The position numbers were made by a program, and so were the translations under genes. Shown one piece after another: positions 52,125 through 61,138 of a stretch of DNA of 64,000 bases (within the stretch, counting starts at the first letter, position 1; each line of letters begins with the position of its first letter). The stretch comes from an uncultured Gemmatimonadales bacterium (GTDB lineage Bacteria; Gemmatimonadota; Gemmatimonadetes; Gemmatimonadales; Gemmatimonadaceae). The notes below the pieces were generated by a model. The model searched no databases. It had not been told where the DNA came from and was given only the letters and a program-made list of their open reading frames with translations. The DNA lies in contig OY969695.1 of the NCBI GenBank assembly GCA_963701965.1, positions 2,624,001 to 2,688,000 of the forward strand. The letters run 5' to 3'.

Positions 52125-53939
52125 TCGCGCGGGCGCTGCTCGGCGCCCTGGTTGCTCTCCCGCCGCTGTTGCCGTTACCCCGACCAACGGCGTATCCCAG
52201 CGTCAGATTGGCCGAAGGGGTGTACGCGGTGCCCGGCGACACGGGACGCGGCTCCGAGGGACGGGCCAACGCGGGCTTCGTCGTCACGGACAGCGGCGTG
52301 GTGGTCATCGACGCCGAGTCCAGTCCCTATCAAGCCAAGCGCCTGCTCGCCAGCATCCGGCGTGAGACGCCGGCGCCCGTGCGGTGGCTGATTCTCACGC
52401 ACCACCATCCCGACCATACGTTCGGCGCGATCGTGTTCAAGCGGATGGGCGCTCAGGTGATCGCGCATCCCGATCGACATTTCCTCGCCGCCGAGGAAGG
52501 CGACGATGCGCTGGTCGCCAACTGGGATGGCGTCGTCGGTGTCCAGCAACTGGTGGGGTTCGCGTTCGCCGACACGCCGGGTTTGGCGATCACGCACGAC
52601 ACCACGCTCACGCTCGGCCGTCGCCGCATCGAGATCCTGCATCCGCCCGACGCGCACACGGCGGGGGATCTCGCTGTCTTGATCCCGGCGCAGCCGGGAT
52701 CGGGCCAACCGACCTCGGATCTCGCGACGCGAAGCGTCGCCGGGATTCCCGACGTCCGCGTGCTCTTCGCCGGGGACATCGTTGTCGAGGATGGGGTGAG
52801 CATGGTGGTCGATGGCACGGCGTCGGGGACGCTGCGGGCGCTCGACCGGTTCGAGGCGTTGCATCCCGCCGTCGTCGTGCCGGGGCACGGGCGGATCGAG
52901 GCCGATCCGGCATCCCAGATCGCGCGCACGCGGACGTACCTCGACTCGGCGCGGACCGCGCTCAAGGCCGCGCTCGATCGCGGGATGCCGCTCAGCCGTG
53001 TGCTGGCGCGGATGCCGCCGCCGGATTCCGGACGCCCGGTGTCGCTCGCGTCGCGCCATCAGCGGAACGCGGTGCGCATCTACGCCGAGCTCGAGAAGGA
53101 ATTGATAGACCCGCCCCATTCAGGTCTGATCTCGACCGACTCATTAGCGAGTCTGATCAAGAACGGCCAGGCGACGATCGTCAATGTGCGTACGGACGTC
53201 TCGTTGTATCTGGAGTCGCACATTCCTGGCGCCGTATATCTGCACGCCGAGTCGCTGCGATCGTTCGACCACGGGGTGCCGAATCTGCTCCTCCCACCGG
53301 AGAGCTACGCGACGCTCTTCACGCGCATCGGCATCCGCCCCGACCGCCCCGTCATCGTGTACAGCGCGGGAGACACGCGCAACATCGACGCGACGTATCT
53401 GGCGTGGATCCTGGATGGTTTCGGGGTGCCGGTGTCGGTGCTCGACGGTGGTTTTCAGAAGTGGGATCTGGACCAGAAGCCCACGGGGCGCACGTACCCG
53501 GCACCGGTGCCAGGCACGTTTCCCGTGCGGGCGTTTGAGCCGGCCCGGGCCACGCTCGATGATGTGAAGCACGTCGTCGAGGCGCATCCCGCGGACGCGG
53601 TGCTCGTCGACGCGCGGTCGCCAGAGCAATATGCCGGGCAAGCGGGCGCCCAGAATGCGGCGCGGACACATTCCGGGTGCGGTCAATCACCCGTGGACGA
53701 CCGATCTGACGACGGGGTTGTCGCACGTCTTCAAGGATCGCGATGCCATCCGCACCAGCTATGTGACGCAGGGTATCACGTCGGACAAAGCCATCATCGC
53801 GTATTGCAACGGCGGACTCGAGTCCAGCCACATCTACTTCGTGCTGCATATGGTGCTCGGCTATCCGCGCGTCCGGGTGTACGACGGTTCGTACACCGAG
53901 TGGGCGGCGCACACCGAGCTGCCGGTGGTGGGCCCTTAG
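52121..53939 (+). CDS. Exported MBL-fold (SoxH-like) plus tandem rhodanese fusion (frameshift at ~53654)
   Basis: NAGFVV, THHHPDH, AHT.GD, FAGD, PGHG; HIPGA twice, LDGG, YCNGGLES, YDGSYTEW. Confidence 0.85.
52681..52747 (+). repeat. Dispersed GATC-bounded double-hairpin element, copy 3, in frame inside a CDS
   Basis: Encodes IPAQPGSGQPTSDLATRSVAGI. Confidence 0.9.
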
Positions 53940-54478
53940 CGCACGACGATCAGCGCCGGGTGGCGGATCCCGCCATCGGCGAGGCGCACCGCGGCGTCGA
54001 TCGAGTCGGCGTCCCAGGCCGCGAGCACGACGCGGTCCGTGCCGGCGGCGAACGTGGCCAGGTCAGTCGAGGACAGCACCGGCTCTTTGAGCGCGTGCCC
54101 GACCGAGTCGGCGCGGTAGGGGTGCGTGTGCCACGTGCCAATGAGCGCGGACACGTGTGTGCAGGTACCGGTGACCGCGAACTGGAGCTGGTGGAGCCCC
54201 AAAGCCGGCGTCCAGTCCGTGATGTAGACGGTGTCGGCGCTGACGTGGCCGATGAGACAGCCCAAGTATTCGCGCTGGGTCGGTTTCCCGGTGCCCAGCA
54301 TCTGGGTCAGCGTGTTGACGTCGGACAACTCGTTCCAATGCGTGTTGTTGCGGAGCCAGATGGCGTTGATCGAGTCGGCGACCGGACGCGCGATCACCAC
54401 GACGGCGGGTGGGTGGGGTGCGGGCGACAGGGCTACCCCGGCACACAGTAAGACTCGAAGCAACGACGGGCGCAGCAT
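53936..54478 (-). CDS. Secreted JAB/MPN+-like metalloprotease
   Basis: Signal-like N-terminus; REYLGCL...GTWHTHP...LSSTD. Confidence 0.72.
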   Translation of the reverse strand: MLRPSLLRVLLCAGVALSPAPHPPAVVVIARPVADSINAIWLRNNTHWNELSDVNTLTQMLGTGKPTQREYLGCLIGHVSADTVYITDWTPALGLHQLQFAVTGTCTHVSALIGTWHTHPYRADSVGHALKEPVLSSTDLATFAAGTDRVVLAAWDADSIDAAVRLADGGIRHPALIVVR

Positions 54479-54490
54479 AGGTTTTAGCAC

Positions 54491-55393
54491 ATGGTACCGA
54501 GACATACGACCCTGGTGGAATCGCCTCGGCTGTCCGACCGCCTTGGCGTGGCGGTGACGCTGGCGTCCGAGACCTTTCAGTATACCGGAAGCTTCAAATT
54601 TCGCGCGGCGAGCTATGTGGTGGGTCATGTGCCGAACCCCGCGGTAATCACCGCGTCGTCCGGCAACTTTGGCCAGGCCATGGCCTACGCCTGCCAGCAG
54701 GCGGGCAAGCGGTGCACCGTGGTCATGCCGGCGAATTCGGTGCGGGTGAAAGTCGACGCGGTCCGCGATTTCGGCGCGACGGTCGATCTCGTGGACACGA
54801 CGAAGATCACGCGGGCCGCACGGGTCGCCGAGCTGAGCGCGGCGCAGCCCGACGCGTACGTGGCCAGTGCCTACGATGATCCCTTGGTGATCGCCGGCAA
54901 CGCCACGCTCGGGCGCGAGCTGGCCGCGCTGCCGCAGCGGTTCGACGCGATCATCGCGCCCGTGGGCGGCGGCGGTCTGTGTTCGGGGATCATTCAGGGG
55001 TTGCGGGCGGCGGGCGATACGACGCCGGTCATCGGCGCCGAGCCGTTGTTGGCGAACAATGCGGCGCAGTCGCTGCGGACGGGGCGGATCGTTGCCAGCG
55101 ACCACGAGGTGCAAACGATCGCCGACGGCGCGCGCACCATGAGTCTCGGCAAGCATAACTGGGCCATCATTCAGAGCGGCGTCGAGACGATCGTCGAAGT
55201 CTCGGAGGAGCAGATTCGCGAGGGGGTACGGCTCTTGTTCGCGTTGGCCAATCTCAAGGCCGAACCCACCGGCGCGTTGACGCTCGGCGCCGTGCTGGCC
55301 GATCGGAACCGATTGCGGGATCGACGCATTTGCTGCATCGTGAGTGGCGGCAACGCCGATCCACACCTGTATCGAGAAATTCTGGGCGACTAG
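54491..55393 (+). CDS. PLP-dependent threonine/serine dehydratase-family enzyme
   Basis: TGSFKFR, SSGNFGQA, PVGGGGL, EPTGA, SGGN. Confidence 0.92.
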   Translation: MVPRHTTLVESPRLSDRLGVAVTLASETFQYTGSFKFRAASYVVGHVPNPAVITASSGNFGQAMAYACQQAGKRCTVVMPANSVRVKVDAVRDFGATVDLVDTTKITRAARVAELSAAQPDAYVASAYDDPLVIAGNATLGRELAALPQRFDAIIAPVGGGGLCSGIIQGLRAAGDTTPVIGAEPLLANNAAQSLRTGRIVASDHEVQTIADGARTMSLGKHNWAIIQSGVETIVEVSEEQIREGVRLLFALANLKAEPTGALTLGAVLADRNRLRDRRICCIVSGGNADPHLYREILGD

Positions 55394-55394
55394 C

Positions 55395-55683
55395 GGGCAA
55401 TGCCCAGATCTTGCTACGGCCCACTGGGCGTAGCAAGATCCTGGTCGGTTGAACAGATCTGGGCTTTGCCCAGATCTTGCTACGGCCCACTGGCGTAGCA
55501 AGATCCTGGTCGGTTGAACTGATCTGGGCTTTGCCCAGATCTTGCTACGGCCCACTGGCGTAGCAAGATCCTAGTCGGTTGAACTGATCTGGGCTTTGCC
55601 CAGATCTTGCTACGGCCCACTGGCGTAGCAAGATCCTGGTCGGTTGAACTGATCTGGGCTTTGCCCAGATCTACCTACGGCCC
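55395..55683. repeat. Tandem array of 65-bp palindromic units (REP/BIME-like), four full copies plus a partial one
   Basis: Units start at 55402, 55468, 55533, 55598 and 55663; GTAG next to the GATCTGGGC-AAA-GCCCAGATC hairpin; between convergent genes. Confidence 0.93.
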
Positions 55684-55856
55684 GATAGTTGCAACCTATG
55701 GTCGCGGTATTAAATGAGGGCACCCCCGATGACCATCACTCGCTCGACCGATCGCCCGTCAGCGCCAAAGAACCCCCGTCCCGCAAGCCCGCCTCCAAAT
55801 GACGAGCCCCGGGTGATCGTTCGTGGACGCGTGTCCCATGTCGAACACGAAATCGA

Positions 55857-56405
55857 TCAGCCGGAGCCGATGCCCGTGCGCAAGTCCGGGGACCGCCCCA
55901 CGGCCTCGCGGTAGACGGCCGACTGGCCGAAGTTCTCCTCTACCTCGATCTCGATCACCCCAAGTCGACCCGCCGCGGAGCCGAGCTCCGTTTTGACTCG
56001 CCCGGCCAAGTACTGGGCCAACATCTCGACGGTGGTGTTCGGGATCGGGAGGAGAACGCAGTCTTCGCGGGGAAACACGTAACGGGGGCGGTGCTCGTAG
56101 GCCACCGTTATCGTTTCCCCCTGCTCGCCGATCACGAGCTTCGGGTTCTCCAAGGGCAGGAGCACCCAATGGTCGATCTCATCGCACAGCCGCTTCATCA
56201 GCCGCTTGAGGTCGACAAAGTTGAACACATACCAACTTTCGGGATCGAGTGGCCCCTCCAGCGCGACGGCGACACGGTAGTTGTGGCCGTGCAGGTTCTC
56301 GCAGCGGTGTCCGGCGAACGTGATGAAGTGCGCGGACGAGAACACGAGATAGTCTTTCGTGACCTGCACCCGGAAGAGCTTTTCGGCGTGATCAGTGGTC
56401 GGCAT
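55857..56405 (-). CDS. 6-pyruvoyl-tetrahydropterin synthase/QueD-family protein
   Basis: FSSAHF, CENLHGHNY, NTTVE. Confidence 0.9.
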   Translation of the reverse strand: MPTTDHAEKLFRVQVTKDYLVFSSAHFITFAGHRCENLHGHNYRVAVALEGPLDPESWYVFNFVDLKRLMKRLCDEIDHWVLLPLENPKLVIGEQGETITVAYEHRPRYVFPREDCVLLPIPNTTVEMLAQYLAGRVKTELGSAAGRLGVIEIEVEENFGQSAVYREAVGRSPDLRTGIGSG

Positions 56406-57285
56406 GCCAGAGTCCCGAGAGAAGACCAACAAAGAGCGAAGCCGCGGTGAGATCCGCGGTCGTGCCGGGATTCAACCGGCGCTCGCGCAGCGTGTGGTCA
56501 AATGTGGAAAGCGTCACGCGCCCGGCGAGCACGGCCGCCGCGCCGCGGCTGACAGCCGCGGCCGTGGGGGCGCCATGGCGACGGGCAATATGTGTATCGG
56601 GCGCGGCAGCGAGAAGGTGTAGGTAGGTGTCCACCGTCGCGGGCTCCCAACCCGCGCCCGTCGCCAGCGCCGCTCGCAACGTCGGAAACCCGAGCTCGAA
56701 CGTCGTCTCGAAATCCGTCGCGTACTCGCGGGCGACGCCATCCCGCTCGGCAGCCAGGCGCATCGTCTCGCGCAAGGCGATCCGAGGCTCGGCCGCAACG
56801 TCCTCGGCGCTGACGGCGCCGAGCCCGCCCGGTCGCGCGAGCCGGATCGCCGCATAGACCTCGCGCGCGTCCTCCACTGTCGTCGCCGCTAACATCTCGC
56901 CCAACGCTTCCCGAAGCCTCTTCGGGGCGCGAGATCCCTTGTCGATAACAGGGGTCGCGGCTTCGCCAGGATGCATGCGCTCGGTTTCACGGGCCCCGGC
57001 CTGGGCCGCGCGCGCAGCGCGCGCCAGCGGGACGATGAGCAGGACGATGCCGAGGTTGGTGTTCGAGCGCGTCCAGCGCGCTGTTGCCTGTACGGCCGCG
57101 TGTATGGTGGCGCCGAGCGGGCGGTCACCAGCGAGCGCGGGGCCGAGCGCGGCAGCGCTCGCCAAAAAGTCCTCGTAGCGCGCATCATGAAAATGTCGAT
57201 CGGGCGACACGTTGCCGGGTTTGGGCGCGCTCGCTTCCAGGAGGCAGGCGAGCTGGGCGGCCGCGACAATGAAGTCATCCGTCAT
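56392..57285 (-). CDS. CitG-like triphosphoribosyl-dephospho-CoA synthase family protein (Orf7-like)
   Basis: LEASAPKPGNV, NTNLG, DTHIAR, NPGTTAD. Confidence 0.9.
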   Translation of the reverse strand: MTDDFIVAAAQLACLLEASAPKPGNVSPDRHFHDARYEDFLASAAALGPALAGDRPLGATIHAAVQATARWTRSNTNLGIVLLIVPLARAARAAQAGARETERMHPGEAATPVIDKGSRAPKRLREALGEMLAATTVEDAREVYAAIRLARPGGLGAVSAEDVAAEPRIALRETMRLAAERDGVAREYATDFETTFELGFPTLRAALATGAGWEPATVDTYLHLLAAAPDTHIARRHGAPTAAAVSRGAAAVLAGRVTLSTFDHTLRERRLNPGTTADLTAASLFVGLLSGLWHADH

Positions 57286-58146
57286 GTCGCCAGCGCCGCG
57301 TCGACAATAGCGCCAGCCACGTCGAGCCCAGTAGCCTCCTGCAACCCGCGCCACCCCGGAATGCCATTGACCTCCAGCGCATACACCGGCCCTTCGCGCG
57401 AGGGCAGGAGATCGACGCCGGCGTACATGGCGCCAACGGTGCGCGCCGCCGTGATCGCCATATCGCTCCAGTCCGCCGGCAGCGTAAACGGCCGCGCGCT
57501 TCCCCCGCGCGAGTAGTTCGTCCGCCAGCCAGGCCCATCGGCGGATGCCGACCGTTCGATGGCGCCGACGACGCGGTCGCCAACGACGAACGCGCGAACG
57601 TCGCGCCCTTCGTGGGCGATGAACCGCTGCAGATAGAAAACCCCCCGCAGCTGCTCGATCGCCCGAAAGACCCGCCACGCGACGTCCTCGTCGGACACGC
57701 GCACCATGCCCAGCCCCATGGAACCAAAGAGCGGTTTGACAATGACGTCGCGCAGATCCCGAAACGCCGCCATGGCGTCATCCGCCCGCTCGCAGACGAC
57801 AGTCTCCGGCGTCGCCAACCCGGCGCGCTCGAGCAACGCCGACGTCAAGAACTTGTCCACCGTGCGCTCAATGGCACGCGGCGCATTGACGACCCGCACG
57901 CCCACATCACTGAGCCAGTGCAGCGCATCGATCCGATAGAATGATCTGCTCCAACGACCCGTTGGGGATGATGCGCGCCAGCACGAGATCCCCGGGCCGG
58001 ATAGACGGCGGAACGCGGCGGCCTGCGCCCAGGCGGCTCACGATGCCTTCCCACGGGACGATCCGCACCGCCGCCCCGCGTTTGGCGAACGCGCGGCAGA
58101 GCTGCTCCGTATGCCAGCCCTGTCGTGACGCGAGAATCGTGACTAC
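57282..58146 (-). CDS. RimK-family ATP-grasp glutamate ligase (Orf5/MyfA-like); frameshift at ~57940, no canonical start
   Basis: GWHTEQL, IPNGSLEQI, VDKF, KPLFGSMG, DVRAFV, EVNGIPGW. Confidence 0.88.
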
Positions 58147-58466
58147 TTGGACGACTCCACGCCGATCAGCGCGGTGAGACCACCCGTGGCAAAGTTCGCC
58201 AGATCGTCCGACACCTTCTTGAACCCCGGCGTAGCCATGCCCTTCTTGAGCGCGTCCAGCGACGGAAAGAAGAGTTGCGCCTGGCGGTACAACGTCGGCG
58301 TCTTTCCGTCCGCGGTCGACACGAACTTGGTGAGGATCACGTTGGAAATCCCGATCTCTTTCGCGTTCGCGCTCACGAGCGGCAGATGCGTCGCCTCGTA
58401 GTAGCGTTCAAACGCCGCGGCGTCCTTCGGCGTGTTGTACAGGACGACCAGCTCCGCTTGGGCCAT
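58143..58466 (-). CDS. EthD-family protein
   Basis: VLYNTPKDAAAFERYYEATHLPL...DLANFA. Confidence 0.85.
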   Translation of the reverse strand: MAQAELVVLYNTPKDAAAFERYYEATHLPLVSANAKEIGISNVILTKFVSTADGKTPTLYRQAQLFFPSLDALKKGMATPGFKKVSDDLANFATGGLTALIGVESSK

Positions 58467-58482
58467 CGCGCGATCTCCGCAG

Positions 58483-59439
58483 TCAGGAGTAAAGAGAGGA
58501 CCGAAGAATGTTGGGATTGAGGTCTCCGCCCTGGAAGGTCCGCCCGGAGCGCGCACTCGTCAACCAGACTTCGGCGGGACTGAACAACAGCGGGTCGATC
58601 TTGTAGAAGTCGCCTTTGTAGCGGGTAAACGTCTCGTAGAACGGCGTGCCGTAGTCGGACGACGCCGAGGCCGGAAGCTTGGCGGCGAGCGGTTCCAGCT
58701 CCGCGTCGTCGGCATCGATCAGGAATCGCGCCTCCCCGCCGTACAGGATGCAATCATTCGTGCGGCCTATCGCCCGGAGATCGTTGGTGCAATAGGGAGG
58801 CACCGGCGCCGACCCGGCGGCATGCACGACGCGGGTCACATCGAAGCCCAGCGCATCCATCTTGTGCAAGCCGGTTTCCAGCACGCGGGCGACGATCTGC
58901 ACGCTGCCCGCGGTGCTCGCGGTGGGGGCCACGACGAACGTCAGCTGTGGCGGCGTGAGACGCGCGCGGGCGGCGACCCACTCGGCCACCGCGTCGGTCG
59001 GGTGGGCGCGGGTCTCCATCACGAGTACGCCGCGCGCCGCGGTCTCCTGGTACCGGAGCTTCTCGAACAGCTCCTTCTCGACGCGGGCATGAGCCCGGAG
59101 CGGCCCCGACCCCATCGCGAAGAACTTGTCGACCTGAATCGCCCAGCCCGCGTACTGCGAAGCCATGCAGGAAACCGCGGGATGGTCAGTCCAGACTTCG
59201 ACGCCCGTGTAGTCGTCGGGCCCTACGCGCACCGTTTGATAGGCAATGTGTCCGAGACCACCCATGCACACCTGCGCCAGCGCCAGGCCCGCGCCATAGC
59301 CGCCCGGCACGTCGATCCCCAGGTCAATGATCCGCGCGCCGGATGGGAGTGTCGAGACGGCGATACGCAACTCCTCGCTGCGCGCCGCGACGTCATCCGC
59401 GATCGTCGCGGCCCTCGCGTTCAGTCTCAGGTCGTCCAC
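58483..59439 (-). CDS. mch: Methenyl-H4MPT cyclohydrolase
   Basis: CMGGLG, SQYAGW, MGSGP, RVLETGLHK, GRTND, IDPLLFSPA. Confidence 0.96.
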   Translation of the reverse strand: MDDLRLNARAATIADDVAARSEELRIAVSTLPSGARIIDLGIDVPGGYGAGLALAQVCMGGLGHIAYQTVRVGPDDYTGVEVWTDHPAVSCMASQYAGWAIQVDKFFAMGSGPLRAHARVEKELFEKLRYQETAARGVLVMETRAHPTDAVAEWVAARARLTPPQLTFVVAPTASTAGSVQIVARVLETGLHKMDALGFDVTRVVHAAGSAPVPPYCTNDLRAIGRTNDCILYGGEARFLIDADDAELEPLAAKLPASASSDYGTPFYETFTRYKGDFYKIDPLLFSPAEVWLTSARSGRTFQGGDLNPNILRSSLYS

Positions 59440-60239
59440 TGGAGAATCTCTCCTTTGCCGACGTCCGCCAGGTCGCCGACCCAGCGCGTGAAGAGCCCCG
59501 TGCCATATCCGGCGTCGATCGGGAAGTTCCGGACGCGGCGGAGGTAGCGGACGAGTACCGCAATGTGCGGCGGGCGGTACGTGCAGGCGAAACCATAGGT
59601 GGCCGGGATGTCCACGCCGCCCAGGGCGACGATCGAGCCGCGCTTGGACCACAGCCCCGTGCCGGGACCGGCGCGGCCGCACACGACGAGACTTCCGGCG
59701 ATCATGGCGTGCGCGGCGCGCGGCCCCGCATTGCCGCCGACGACGATCAGGCCGCGGCGCGCCCGCGCGCCGGCATCGGCGCCGGTGTCGCCGCGCACGA
59801 TGATCTCGCCCCCGATCATCCCACGCGATGCCCCCGGCGCCGCGCCGCCGAGCCGGTCGCCGGCCGAGCCGCGGATGGCCAGATACCCGCCCGCCATCGC
59901 GACGGCCGCACCGTCGCCGACGTCGCCCGTGGTCGCGATCGTCCCGCCGGTCATCGCCAGCCCGACGTCGCGGCCCGCCGGCCCGTCGATCGTGAGGGTC
60001 CCGCCCGTCATGTTCGTGCCCAACCCATCGACTTGTCCCAGCTCCCCCACGACGGTCACGTCCGCGCTCCGCTCTCCCTCGACATCGAAGATGTCGCCCA
60101 GCGCTGCGCGCTGGCGACCCACCCACACATCGAGGTGGGCGATCTCGGCCGTGCCAAGCGTGGCCAACCGATCGGCACAGATCAGCGAAGCGTCGATCGA
60201 CGCCGGGGCGCCTGGGCGCAGGGTGAGCGTGACACTCAT
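59427..60239 (-). CDS. fhcC: Formyltransferase/hydrolase complex subunit C
   Basis: GXGXG beta-helix repeats (MTGG); C-terminal GDLADVGKGE. Confidence 0.92.
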   Translation of the reverse strand: MSVTLTLRPGAPASIDASLICADRLATLGTAEIAHLDVWVGRQRAALGDIFDVEGERSADVTVVGELGQVDGLGTNMTGGTLTIDGPAGRDVGLAMTGGTIATTGDVGDGAAVAMAGGYLAIRGSAGDRLGGAAPGASRGMIGGEIIVRGDTGADAGARARRGLIVVGGNAGPRAAHAMIAGSLVVCGRAGPGTGLWSKRGSIVALGGVDIPATYGFACTYRPPHIAVLVRYLRRVRNFPIDAGYGTGLFTRWVGDLADVGKGEILQWTT

Positions 60240-61138
60240 GCGACGATCTTGCGCAGATAGAAGTGGTGCGGCCCGAGCTTGCCGCCGTAGTTGCCGGCGG
60301 TGATCAATCGGATGCCGGGCAGACAGGCGGCGGGAATGCCGGCGCGCATGGCGCGGGCAATACTGTCGAAATCCACTCCGTCGATGACAATCTCCATGAC
60401 CGAGTTGACGCCCGCCGGCAGCTCGGTGGCCGTCACGGGCCGCAGGGTCGGCGCGAACGCATCATTCGTCGTCGCGATCATGCTCGGGTATCGCTTCGAC
60501 CCGACTTTGCTGCCGCTGCGCACAATGCCCCCGGGAAAGGGCATGATGACGCCCGCGACGCCCGACATCGCGTCGATCGCCGCCTCGGCGGCCGCCAAAG
60601 CCCGCTCGGCGCTTTCCCCAAGCACGAGGAAGTTGCCGCCGCCGACGCCGGAGACCTTTCCGAAGCTCTCCTCGATCAGGCATTCGCCTTCCATGACCGG
60701 CAACCGCCAGTAGCGCGTGCCGCCGATCATCTTGCTGGACTGAAAGCCGTCGGCAAACACGCGCAACGCTTTGCCGACGGGCATCCGGTCCGGCGAGCCG
60801 GGAATCCCATCGAAGATCGACGTGGTCGGACAGGTGAGCACGGTTTGCCCGAGGCGTTCGATGAGCCGCTGCTGCAACCCGGCCGAGTCGGGCGTGAAGA
60901 CCAGCACGCTGATGCCGGGGCGACCGTCCGGGGTCTCCTCGCCGTCGATCTCGCGCTCGATGCCGGCTTCGACCTTGCAGCCAATGACCGAGGTCGCGAA
61001 TCCGGTCATCGTCGTCGCCGCCACGCGCGCCCAGCGGGCGTTCACCGCCGTGATGATCACGCGCGCGGCGCGCATGGGGAACGCCTCGGCGAACGTGTCG
61101 GCGATCTCGACGCCATTGATCGCAAACGGTTCACTCAT
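60236..61138 (-). CDS. fhcD: Formylmethanofuran:H4MPT formyltransferase subunit D
   Basis: DTFAEAF, TPDGRPG, VGGGNF, RSGSKVGS, AGNYGGKLG. Confidence 0.96.
   Translation of the reverse strand: MSEPFAINGVEIADTFAEAFPMRAARVIITAVNARWARVAATTMTGFATSVIGCKVEAGIEREIDGEETPDGRPGISVLVFTPDSAGLQQRLIERLGQTVLTCPTTSIFDGIPGSPDRMPVGKALRVFADGFQSSKMIGGTRYWRLPVMEGECLIEESFGKVSGVGGGNFLVLGESAERALAAAEAAIDAMSGVAGVIMPFPGGIVRSGSKVGSKRYPSMIATTNDAFAPTLRPVTATELPAGVNSVMEIVIDGVDFDSIARAMRAGIPAACLPGIRLITAGNYGGKLGPHHFYLRKIVA

Noticed and set aside
51345..53939. Thiosulfate-oxidising Sox pathway
   Set aside because: No soxA, X, B, C or D in the window; the context is quinoprotein/C1 metabolism
54479..55555. N-terminal 359 aa of ORF 53936..55555
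   Set aside because: Antisense to the dehydratase gene and the repeat array; the real gene probably starts at 54478
55395..55683. CRISPR array
   Set aside because: Units are near-identical along their whole length with no unique spacers, and there are no cas genes in the window
55714..55914. 66-aa plus-strand ORF after the array
   Set aside because: No recognisable motif, Pro/Arg-rich, and overlaps the PTPS 3' end; cannot be supported
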